Under the pieces are notes generated by a model that saw only the letters and a list, made by a program, of their open reading frames with translations, was not told the origin of the DNA and did no database searches. 38,408 nucleotides of DNA from NCBI GenBank assembly GCA_964553415.1, contig CAZKLE010000002.1:1-38408 (forward strand). Reading direction: 5' to 3'. Shown here piece after piece: positions 17,026-24,407 of this stretch. Position 1 is the stretch's first letter. Each line of letters starts with the position of its first letter. Made by a program: the position numbers and the translations under genes. This DNA is from an uncultured Myxococcales bacterium. GTDB lineage: Bacteria; Desulfobacterota; Binatia; UBA1149; JAJCZL01.

Positions 17026-18453
17026 ATGAGTTCAGCCCAAACGACAGGTCCAAATACCGGCCGCAGCCATCGGTCAGCCCGCACAGGCATGATCTGCCTG
17101 GCGGTGGCGGCCCTGTTCGCCGGAGTAGGCATCACCGCATGTAGATCCGAGCCCGCCCGCGGCCCGGCCGCCAGGCAAGCACTCGGCGAATTCGACGTCA
17201 CCAGGCACGACATTCCGGTCAAAGACATCCTGTCGGGCGGACCCGCGAAGGACGGCATCCCCGCCCTTGCCGACCCCAAGGTCCTGAAGGCCGGTCAAGC
17301 AACCTTCCTGAAGGACAACGATGCAGTGATCGGTGTCGAGATCAGCGGCCGCGCCCGTGCCTACCCCCTGCGCATTCTCAACTGGCACGAGATCGTCAAC
17401 GACGAGGTCAGCCGCCGGCCGCTTGCAGTCACCTACTGCCCCTTGACCGGTAGCGCGGTCGTGTTCGACCGACGGGTCGGAGGGCGGGAACTGACATTCG
17501 GGGTCTCGGGACGCTTGTACAACAGCAACGTCCTCATGTTCGATCGCCAAAGTGACAGCCTTTGGTCGCAGCTTGCCGAGTCGGCCGTGACCGGTGAGAA
17601 AACCGGTACTCATCTCCGCACGATTCCCAGCGTAGTCACGACTTGGAAACACTGGCGTACGGCCCACCCAAAAACCCTGGTCCTGTCCACCGACACCGGC
17701 CATCAACGTGACTACACTCGAAACCCGTACTCGGCCTACGAACAGTCGCAAGCATTGATGTTTCCCGCCGGACATCCCGACGGTCGCCTCAAGCCAAAGG
17801 AGAAAGTCCTCGGCGTCCTCGTCGGAGATACAGCACGCGCTTACCCCTTGGCGGCGTTACAGGCTCGACGCTCACCCGTGCGCGAGAACGTCGCCGGCAA
17901 ACCCGTCGTCGTAGTCGCCGGAGCCGATCACAGCGCCACGGCGATGATCAACGGTGAAAGCGCCGATGCGGTCGTCGTCTACTGGTTCGCATGGTCGGCG
18001 TTCCATCCGAACACCGAACTGTGGCAAGAGACGCCGGCCGGCGCCCATGCGAGCGCTCGTAACGGCGACGTCGAACTAAGCGGTATCGAGGGTTACTGGA
18101 CCAGCCTGACGCCGGTAGCCGTCGGCAGCGTGGGATCGGACGGACTCGGACAAAAAGGGCTGTACATCGTCCACGGCAACGTCCGCAACACCTCGAGCCG
18201 AGCTTTGCACCACGTACGGCTTCGCTTCGAGCTGCTGGACGCCTCGGGCAAGCTCGTGTACTTCGAAGAAGGTGTCAACCGCAAAGCGGAAGCCCTGCTC
18301 GACACTCGAAGCTTCGGCGGAGAGCTGGAAGACGGATCGGTCTCGATCGACGGCATCGCTCCGGGTGGCTCCGACAGCTTTCGCATGGCGTTCATTCCCT
18401 CGGACATACCCCCTTTCGAGGACCGCCGGGTCATCGTTATCGGCGCGCAATAG
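17026..18453 (+). CDS. DUF3179 domain protein with extra C-terminal beta-sandwich-like domain
   Basis: 475 aa. The N-terminal signal or lipobox is MICLAVAALFAGVGITAC. The DUF3179 core is KDGIPALADPK, YPLRILNWHEIVNDEV, PLAVTYCPLTGSAVVFDR, GVSGRLYNSNVLMFDRQSDSLWSQL and WFAWSAFHP. About 120 extra residues follow. Confidence 0.85.
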   Translation: MSSAQTTGPNTGRSHRSARTGMICLAVAALFAGVGITACRSEPARGPAARQALGEFDVTRHDIPVKDILSGGPAKDGIPALADPKVLKAGQATFLKDNDAVIGVEISGRARAYPLRILNWHEIVNDEVSRRPLAVTYCPLTGSAVVFDRRVGGRELTFGVSGRLYNSNVLMFDRQSDSLWSQLAESAVTGEKTGTHLRTIPSVVTTWKHWRTAHPKTLVLSTDTGHQRDYTRNPYSAYEQSQALMFPAGHPDGRLKPKEKVLGVLVGDTARAYPLAALQARRSPVRENVAGKPVVVVAGADHSATAMINGESADAVVVYWFAWSAFHPNTELWQETPAGAHASARNGDVELSGIEGYWTSLTPVAVGSVGSDGLGQKGLYIVHGNVRNTSSRALHHVRLRFELLDASGKLVYFEEGVNRKAEALLDTRSFGGELEDGSVSIDGIAPGGSDSFRMAFIPSDIPPFEDRRVIVIGAQ

Positions 18454-18600
18454 CGCGGAAACCGTGTCGATCCGCTGCCGTACAGCTTGGCAAACCCGCC
18501 GCACCGTGTAAGACCATTGCACGCGGACGCGGTTGTGCGCAAAGACATAACGGCATCGGTGTAGCGATCCGCCCGGCACCTTTGCCAAGGAGCCCTATCG

Positions 18601-19371
18601 TTGAAGAATCTGTTTTCGCTGCAAGGCAAAGTCGCCGTCGTGACCGGCGGTTCCCGCGGCATAGGCCGGATGATCGCACACGGCTTCATCGACGCCGGTG
18701 CCAAGGTCTACATTTCCTCACGCAAGAGGGATGCCTGTGATGCCGCTGCCGCCGAGCTCTCGGAGTTGGGTAGCTGCGTGTCCTTGCCTGCCGACCTTTC
18801 CACCCAAGCCGGCTGCAAAGGTCTTGCCTCGGCCGTGCGAGAACGGGAAAGTGCGGTCCACATTCTCGTCAACAACGCCGGGGCGAATTGGGGAGCGCCG
18901 CTGGAGCAATACCCCGAGGATGCCTGGGACAAAATCCTGGCCCTCAACGTCAAAGCGATCTTTTTTCTCACCCGCGAGTTCCTTCCCGTACTCGAGCAGG
19001 CCGCAACCGCCGATGATCCGGCACGCGTGATCAACACCGGTTCGATCGACGGCATTCAGGTACCGTTGCTCGATACCTATGCCTACTCGACGAGCAAAGC
19101 TGCGGTGCATCACCTGAGCAAAGTGCTCGCGCGTCAACTCGCAGCACGCAACATTACCGTAAACGCAATCGCACCCGGCGCTTTCGAAAGCAAAATGATG
19201 CATGAGACCCTGAAAAATTTCGGTGATGCTATTGTCGATTCCGTACCGTTGTCGCGCATCGGCCGACCCGACGACATGGCCGGAGTCGCCGTGTACTTGG
19301 CCTCTCGTGCGGGAGCCTACGTAACCGGGGCGGTGATCCCCGTCGACGGCGGCATGGCGACTTGCCGCTAG
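18601..19371 (+). CDS. classical SDR oxidoreductase (FabG/RhlG-like)
   Basis: 256 aa with a TTG start and AAGGAG upstream. It has VAVVTGGSRGIG, NNAG, YSTSKAAV (YxxxK), PGAFESKM and the C-terminal PVDGG. Confidence 0.92.
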   Translation: MKNLFSLQGKVAVVTGGSRGIGRMIAHGFIDAGAKVYISSRKRDACDAAAAELSELGSCVSLPADLSTQAGCKGLASAVRERESAVHILVNNAGANWGAPLEQYPEDAWDKILALNVKAIFFLTREFLPVLEQAATADDPARVINTGSIDGIQVPLLDTYAYSTSKAAVHHLSKVLARQLAARNITVNAIAPGAFESKMMHETLKNFGDAIVDSVPLSRIGRPDDMAGVAVYLASRAGAYVTGAVIPVDGGMATCR

Positions 19372-19380
19372 AAAACGCAC

Positions 19381-19767
19381 ATGAGTAAGGACCCCGAGCT
19401 TACTGCAGTCGCCGCCGCCCTGGGCATTGACGGAATTCGCCGGCATATTTTTCTCTGCAGCGATCAGACGAATCCCAAGTGTTGCGACGCGGCGGCGGGG
19501 CTCGAGTCCTGGGAGTTCCTCAAACGGCGCTTGGCCGAGCTGAACCTGGACGGGCGTGGGGGCATCTTTCGTACCAAGGCCAATTGCCTGCGTGTATGCC
19601 GAAGCGGACCCATCGCGGTGGTCTACCCCGAAGGTGTTTGGTACCACTCGTGCACCCCCGAAGTCCTCGAACGCATCATCCACGAGCATCTCATCGCCGG
19701 ACGGCCGGTGACCGAATTCGCCATAGAAACCGGCCACGTCAGCGAGTCCGTCTCCGACGGTAAATGA
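19381..19767 (+). CDS. thioredoxin-like [2Fe-2S] ferredoxin domain protein
   Basis: 128 aa. [14 protein letters not shown] ... [20 protein letters not shown] gives the four-Cys pattern of the Trx-like 2Fe-2S ferredoxin family. It starts 9 nt after the SDR stop. Confidence 0.8.
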   Translation: MSKDPELTAVAAALGIDGIRRHIFLCSDQTNPKCCDAAAGLESWEFLKRRLAELNLDGRGGIFRTKANCLRVCRSGPIAVVYPEGVWYHSCTPEVLERIIHEHLIAGRPVTEFAIETGHVSESVSDGK

Positions 19768-19828
19768 TCTTGCTTCCGGGCCGCTGGTACCCGGCACGCC
19801 CGCACGCGGCAGTTCCATCGTAGAACGC

Positions 19829-19870
19829 AAAAAAACGGGCGCCGCAGGAGGAGCGGCGGCACCCGTTTTT
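19829..19870. terminator. bidirectional-looking intrinsic terminator (A-run, hairpin, T-run)
   Basis: The sequence is AAAAAA-ACGGGCGCCGC (19835-45) ... GCGGCACCCGT (19856-66) -TTTT. The stem is 11 bp with one C/A mismatch. It lies between the convergent ferredoxin-like gene and the CX3C gene. A second GC hairpin follows at 19878-19912 (GGGGCCCCGCC...GGCGGGGCCCC). Confidence 0.6.
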
Positions 19871-19948
19871 CTGTTAAGGGGCCCCGCCCGCAACAAGATG
19901 CGGCGGGGCCCCGTCATCCGCCTTCACCAGCGAAGGCGGGGGGCGATG

Positions 19949-20587
19949 CTATGGCGCCGGTGTCGTGTCCACCGCACCGGGCACCACGGCCGGACAGTTG
20001 TCAACGCAGGTCGTGAAGTCCTGCCAACAGGCGCGGGCACCAGCTTTACTCAATTGGTAGCAACCGCGCAGGCAGGGCCCCTGCAACGCGTCGGGCAGAT
20101 CCCGGCATTCATCGGCGCAGGCGCGGCCTTTCACGTGCACGTCGGCGACACACTCACGCAACCGCCCGGCGCAGCCTTTCACGCACTCACGATCTTTCAT
20201 CGGGCGATCACAGACATTTCGGCAGACCGGCCGGTGCAACTTACAACGGGTGTTGGCCACTCGGAGATCCACTTTGCACTGGTAGCTACAGCGGCGCAGT
20301 TCGTCGCGCGTGGTCGCCGTACTCCGGCAGTCATCATTGCAACGCTCAAAATCGACCCCGGCGGCGTGCTGGCAAACACCACGCTCGCCGCGGCAGGCCA
20401 GCGCGCAAACGCCGCGTTTGGGTACGCAGCCGTCGGGACACATGGGTGCAGAAGCCACGGTCGTTTGCGCCGACACCGCCGGCGCAGGCGTAAGCCCGAT
20501 GGCGAGAACGGCCAGGACGACGACGATTCCCCGCGTGAGGGTGGATACAAAAACATGGGATTGGGAAGAATGGAGGGGTTTCAACAT
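19949..20587 (-). CDS. secreted cysteine-rich protein with nine CX3C motifs
   Basis: ATG 20587 lies 8 nt after AAGGAG. The signal peptide is MLKPLHSSQSHVFVSTLTRGIVVVLAVLAIGLTPAPAVSA/Q. The mature part has 22 Cys arranged as CPDGC, CALAC, CNDDC, CSYQC, CRNVC, CVKGC, CADEC, CLRGC and CVDNC, plus 4 singles. I recognise no family. Confidence 0.7.
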   Translation of the reverse strand: MLKPLHSSQSHVFVSTLTRGIVVVLAVLAIGLTPAPAVSAQTTVASAPMCPDGCVPKRGVCALACRGERGVCQHAAGVDFERCNDDCRSTATTRDELRRCSYQCKVDLRVANTRCKLHRPVCRNVCDRPMKDRECVKGCAGRLRECVADVHVKGRACADECRDLPDALQGPCLRGCYQLSKAGARACWQDFTTCVDNCPAVVPGAVDTTPAP

Positions 20588-20627
20588 CAATGATTCTCCT
20601 TGGAAGCAGTTGTTCACTGTCTTATTC

Positions 20628-20641
20628 GGGATTATAATCCC
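20628..20641. promoter_or_regulatory. perfect 14-bp palindrome GGGATTATAATCCC carrying TATAAT on both strands; candidate shared -10/operator of divergent promoters
   Basis: Read directly, inside the only AT-rich stretch of the window (20618-20725). On the plus strand: TTGTTC (20610-15), 17 nt, TATAAT (20633-38). On the minus strand: TTGCCG (complement of 20655-60), 18 nt, TATAAT (complement of 20631-36). Confidence 0.5.
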
Positions 20642-20725
20642 AAAATAAGAGGGTCGGCAAGAGCTTTTCCTTATTTCTTCTTTAGCGAAAATGGCCCTTT
20701 ATAGAAGGTTGATTTTGAGTCTAAG

Positions 20726-21574
20726 ATGCGTGGGAAAATGAGCCCGACGACGGACACAGCTGTAGCGGGCGCACTGGGAGCAGCCGTTCGCCGCCTCCTC
20801 ACACCGCTTGTGCGCATTCTGCTGCGCTACGGCATTCCCTACGGCGTTTTCGCCGATCTGGCGAAAACCGTGTACGTCGACGTCGCCGGCAACGACTTCA
20901 CGATTGACGGGCGCAAGCAGACCATCTCGCGCGTGTCGATCCTGACAGGGATCTCTCGCAAAGAAGTCCGCCGCGTCAAAGCCCTCGACGCTCCCGATGA
21001 CGCCGGTGCCGTCGAACGCTACAACCGCGCCGCACGCGTGATCAGCGGCTGGGTGCGGGACCCTCGATTCAGCGACCGAGGCCGCCCCGCCGCCCTCCCC
21101 TTGGAGAGCGGTCCCTCCAGCTTTAGCGAACTGGTGCGCGAGTTCAGCGGCGATGTCCCCCCCCGAGCTGTTCTCGACGAACTCGAGCGCGTAGGTGCGG
21201 TCCGACGACTGCACGACGGCAGGATCCGCTTGACAACGCGTGCTTATGTTCCCACCCATGGAAAGATCGACAAAATCGGCATACTCGGGATCGATGTCGC
21301 GGATCTGATCGCCTGCATCGACCATAACCTGCAGGCGGAACCCCAGGACACATTCTTCCAGCGCAAGGTCAGCTACGACAACCTCCCGAGTGAGTCGACG
21401 GCGGAGATTCGGGCGAAAGCGAATAAGCTGGCGCAAAAGACTCTCGAACGGCTCGACGATTTGATGTCGCGACATGATCGCGACACGAATTCCGACGGCG
21501 CCGGAACGGGCCGCAAGCGGGTCTCTCTCGGTATCTACTACTACGAAGACGACTATTCACCAGAGGACAACTAG
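20726..21574 (+). CDS. hypothetical protein, resembles what I remember as the DUF6502 family; possible N-terminal HTH
   Basis: 282 aa. LLTPLVRILLRYGIPYGVFADLAKTVYVDVAGNDFTIDGRKQTISRVSILTGISRKEVRRV is a helix-turn-helix-like segment. The C-terminus is acidic (YYYEDDYSPEDN). The start is ATG 20726 or ATG 20738. Confidence 0.65.
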   Translation: MRGKMSPTTDTAVAGALGAAVRRLLTPLVRILLRYGIPYGVFADLAKTVYVDVAGNDFTIDGRKQTISRVSILTGISRKEVRRVKALDAPDDAGAVERYNRAARVISGWVRDPRFSDRGRPAALPLESGPSSFSELVREFSGDVPPRAVLDELERVGAVRRLHDGRIRLTTRAYVPTHGKIDKIGILGIDVADLIACIDHNLQAEPQDTFFQRKVSYDNLPSESTAEIRAKANKLAQKTLERLDDLMSRHDRDTNSDGAGTGRKRVSLGIYYYEDDYSPEDN

Positions 21575-21575
21575 C

Positions 21576-22556
21576 TTGCGATCTACCATCTTCACCACAG
21601 CAGCCTCAGCGTTGCTCGCCGCTCTACTCGCCTACGGATGTGGAGGTGTTTCCGGCGGAGGAATAGGCGGCACCGGGATTGCCCAGGGTGTAGTCGCAAA
21701 CTCCGGCGGCGGCAACGGTATCACCGTGGGCGGAATCGATTTCAACGTCGACTCGGCGAGCATCACCATCAACGGCACCCCGGCAACGCCGAACGACCTC
21801 AAACCCGGCATGGTGGTTACGGTGAACGGCACCATCGACGATTCCAGCGGCACGGGCATCGCCGACGAGGTTCGTTTCGAGAGTCTTGTGCGAGGGCCGG
21901 TGCAAAACGTCGATGCGGCGCAAGGCATCCTCGTCGTGTTCGGACAACCGCTGTTCGTGACGACGGGGACCGTGTTCGAAGGCACGAGCCTGGCCACATT
22001 GCAGCTGGGCACCGTGCTCGAGGTAAGCGGGCTGACAAACACCGGCGGAGACGTAACCGCCACGCGAGTCCTCGCCGTCACGCAAGCCGGCGGTTTCGTC
22101 CTGCGCGGCCTCGTCAGAAACCTCGACACCGTCGCAAGAACATTCCAGATCCGCAGAGTGTTGGTCGATTTCAGCCGAGCGACCACCCTCGGTGCACCGG
22201 CGGGCGGACTGGCCGACGGGCAACTCGTACGGATTGCGACCACCGGACTCGTCGGCGGTCTGCTGGTCGCCGATACCGTCGAAATCCGCGGCTCGGATAT
22301 CGATTTCGTAGTCGGCCTGCTTCTCCGCGTGGAAGGCTTCATCACCCAAGTCGTCAACGGCAGCGTCTTCGTTCTGAACGACCAGATTGCCGTGCGCATC
22401 AACGCCGACACCCTGGTGGCGGGTGGCAGCGGAGCGCGCGACTTGCAACCGGACGCACGTATCGTCGTCGAGGGACGAATCAATTCGAATCTCCGGCTCG
22501 TAGCACAACGCATAGAGATCCGCACCGCGGCGGGTCTCCTACCCCTGGGGCGGTGA
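21576..22556 (+). CDS. DUF5666-type repeat lipoprotein
   Basis: TTG 21576 lies 1 nt after the upstream TAG, with GAGGA 7 nt upstream. It gives M-RSTIFTTAASALLAALLAYGC (lipobox-like) followed by GGVSGGGIGGTGIA. Repeated beta-rich modules follow: MVVTVNGTIDD, TVLEVSGLTN, QLVRIATTG, LLRVEGFI and ARIVVEGRI. The track ORF start at 21474 overlaps the upstream gene by about 100 nt. Confidence 0.75.
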   Translation: MRSTIFTTAASALLAALLAYGCGGVSGGGIGGTGIAQGVVANSGGGNGITVGGIDFNVDSASITINGTPATPNDLKPGMVVTVNGTIDDSSGTGIADEVRFESLVRGPVQNVDAAQGILVVFGQPLFVTTGTVFEGTSLATLQLGTVLEVSGLTNTGGDVTATRVLAVTQAGGFVLRGLVRNLDTVARTFQIRRVLVDFSRATTLGAPAGGLADGQLVRIATTGLVGGLLVADTVEIRGSDIDFVVGLLLRVEGFITQVVNGSVFVLNDQIAVRINADTLVAGGSGARDLQPDARIVVEGRINSNLRLVAQRIEIRTAAGLLPLGR

Positions 22557-22623
22557 GCCGGCAGGCGCTCGGCGCCGGTGGGGCGACGGCTTTCTTTGAC
22601 TCATCCCGGCGGGCGGATATCGT

Positions 22624-23370
22624 ATGCTGGTTGGTGAGACGATGAACCAGACAGCCGCCACCCCGTTCGACCACCGCAGTATCGACCTCGATACCGCCAA
22701 CAAGAAACTCGAGGGGCGCAGCGCCGAGGAGCGAGTCGCCTGGGCACTCGACCTCCTCAAACCGAGCATCGTACTGTCGTCGAGCTTCGGCGCACAAGCG
22801 GCCATCCTCCTGCACATGTGCACCCAGCAGTGGCGGGAAATTCCCGTCGTGCTGGTCGATACCGGCTATCTCTTCCCGGAGACCTACCGTTTCATCGACG
22901 AACTCACCGAGCGCCTACACTTGAACATCCACGTATACCGAGCCGAGTTGAGCCCCGCCTGGCAGGAAGCGCGTTACGGCAAACTCTGGGAACAGGGACT
23001 CGAAGGTATCGAACGCTACAACCGCATGAACAAGGTGGAGCCGATGAAGCGCGCGCTCAACGAGCGCGAAGCGCAGGCCTGGATCGCCGGGCTTCGCCGC
23101 CAGCAGTCCAGCACGCGACGCGACCTGCAAGTGCTCGGCATACAAGACGGTCGCCTGAAGGTCCTACCGATCATCGACTGGACCGACCTCGACGTCTTCA
23201 ATTACCTGTCCAAGCACGACCTCCCCTACCACCCCCTGTGGGTAGACGGCTACGTCTCGATCGGCGACTGGCATACCTCGCAGAAGCTGACCGAGGGCAT
23301 GAGCGAAGAAGACACGCGATTCTTCGGCCTCAAGCGCGAGTGCGGACTGCACGAAATCGACGACGACTGA
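22624..23370 (+). CDS. cysH: phosphoadenosine 5'-phosphosulfate (PAPS) reductase
   Basis: It is colinear with E. coli CysH as I remember it: [74 protein letters not shown] and the C-terminal [12 protein letters not shown]. It has no CC...CxxC Fe-S cluster motif. The start is ATG 22624 or ATG 22642. Confidence 0.95.
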   Translation: MLVGETMNQTAATPFDHRSIDLDTANKKLEGRSAEERVAWALDLLKPSIVLSSSFGAQAAILLHMCTQQWREIPVVLVDTGYLFPETYRFIDELTERLHLNIHVYRAELSPAWQEARYGKLWEQGLEGIERYNRMNKVEPMKRALNEREAQAWIAGLRRQQSSTRRDLQVLGIQDGRLKVLPIIDWTDLDVFNYLSKHDLPYHPLWVDGYVSIGDWHTSQKLTEGMSEEDTRFFGLKRECGLHEIDDD

Positions 23371-23414
23371 ACCGGCCCGTCTCATCGTAGGCTGTTGTTT
23401 CGGCCTGCCGCCCG

Positions 23415-24266
23415 GTGATATCACGCCTCATGGTTGGTTCTCCGACAGACCGCTCCGTGGCGCGCCGCAGCCGGCCGCTGCTGTGGGTTCTCACCCTTTG
23501 TTTTTCCCTCGCTGCTTGCACGAGTGACGTCTCACCGGCGCACCGTTCCGCCGATGCCTCCCGCGTTCTGGCTTACCGAGAAGTCAGGACCGCACCCGCG
23601 ACCGCACAGGCTCGCAGCAGTGGCCTGCCTTTGGTCATTGCCATCCACGGCCTCGGCGATAAACCCGAGAGCTTCGCCGCCTTTTATCGCGGCCTAGCGG
23701 TGCCGGCGCGCGTGGTCTTACCGACCGGGCCGACACCTTGGGGCGACGGCTATTCGTGGTTTTCGCTGGGCGCGCGTGACAGCCATAGCGACAAGGGCGG
23801 TGGTAGCATCCGCGACGCAGTCGAACAGCTTGCTCGTTTCATCAAAGCCCTGCGCACGAGCGAACCGGCGCGTGGCAAAACCATCGTCACGGGCTTTTCC
23901 CAAGGCGGCATCCTGAGCTTTTCGCTGGCCGCCCTGCACCCCGAACTCGTCGGCGCCGCTCTTCCGATCAGCGGCATGCTGACCGATGATCTGCGTGCGT
24001 ACGCAACCGACCATGCCGCCCGCTTGCCGAAGATCATCGCCTTTCACGGTGAAGCCGACCCCGTTATCCATGTGGCAACCACACGACTGGCCGTCGAGGC
24101 CCTGCGTAGAGCCGGTGCGGACATCGAGTTGCACACCTACAGTGGCGTGGGCCACCACATAAGCCCGCAAATGCGCAACGACTATTTTTCCGCCCTCGGC
24201 GCCGCCGTCCGCTCCGCCGCCGGCAAAGAGCCCTTGCACCCGGCCGCCACCCTCGCCGTTCCCTAG
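23415..24266 (+). CDS. phospholipase/carboxylesterase-family alpha/beta hydrolase, lipoprotein
   Basis: 283 aa. It has the lipobox CFSLAAC, the block LVIAIHGLGD, the nucleophile elbow GFSQGG and the block FHGEADPVI ... GVGHHIS. The start is GTG 23415 or ATG 23430. Confidence 0.85.
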   Translation: MISRLMVGSPTDRSVARRSRPLLWVLTLCFSLAACTSDVSPAHRSADASRVLAYREVRTAPATAQARSSGLPLVIAIHGLGDKPESFAAFYRGLAVPARVVLPTGPTPWGDGYSWFSLGARDSHSDKGGGSIRDAVEQLARFIKALRTSEPARGKTIVTGFSQGGILSFSLAALHPELVGAALPISGMLTDDLRAYATDHAARLPKIIAFHGEADPVIHVATTRLAVEALRRAGADIELHTYSGVGHHISPQMRNDYFSALGAAVRSAAGKEPLHPAATLAVP

Positions 24267-24334
24267 CCCAACCGACGCGGTGGTGGCGCTTCGCTTGCCT
24301 CAGGCTGGCATTGGCCGACGTCAGGCGCTATAGG

Positions 24335-24348
24335 TGCAAGATCTTGCA
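24335..24348. promoter_or_regulatory. perfect 14-bp palindrome TGCAAGATCTTGCA upstream of the thiolase gene (candidate operator)
   Basis: Read directly. It lies 60 nt upstream of ATG 24408, immediately after a TATAGG -10-like hexamer (24329-34). The RBS AAGGAG is at 24394-99. Confidence 0.45.
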
Positions 24349-24407
24349 GTCTCCGATGTGGACAGCTCGGGGTTCAGCGGGAATTCAGGAATCAAGGAGT
24401 CAGCACA

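Noticed and set aside
18572-18585. Sigma-54-like GGCAC...TTGCC upstream of the SDR gene
   Set aside because: The GG-to-GC spacing is 9 nt instead of the required 12 for the -24/-12 consensus TGGCAC-N5-TTGC. The TTGGCAAA/TTTGCCAA long-range inverted repeat (18487 and 18579) is only 8-9 bp and about 85 nt apart.
18718-19917. 399-aa minus-strand ORF
   Set aside because: It runs antisense to the FabG-like SDR and the 2Fe-2S ferredoxin-like gene, both of which have clear motifs. It also crosses the terminator hairpins at 19829-19912.
21624-22645. Three overlapping ORFs of about 300 aa (two on the minus strand, one on the plus strand in another frame) across the DUF5666 gene
   Set aside because: They are Arg/Pro/Ser/Thr-rich low-complexity translations without signal peptides, RBS sites or motifs. 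The chosen frame has a lipobox signal peptide and repeated beta modules.
22624-23370. APS reductase (Fe-S type CysH) instead of PAPS reductase
   Set aside because: The CC...CxxC iron-sulfur motif of APS reductases is absent, and the sequence tracks E. coli CysH closely up to ECGLHE. PAPS-type is the better call.
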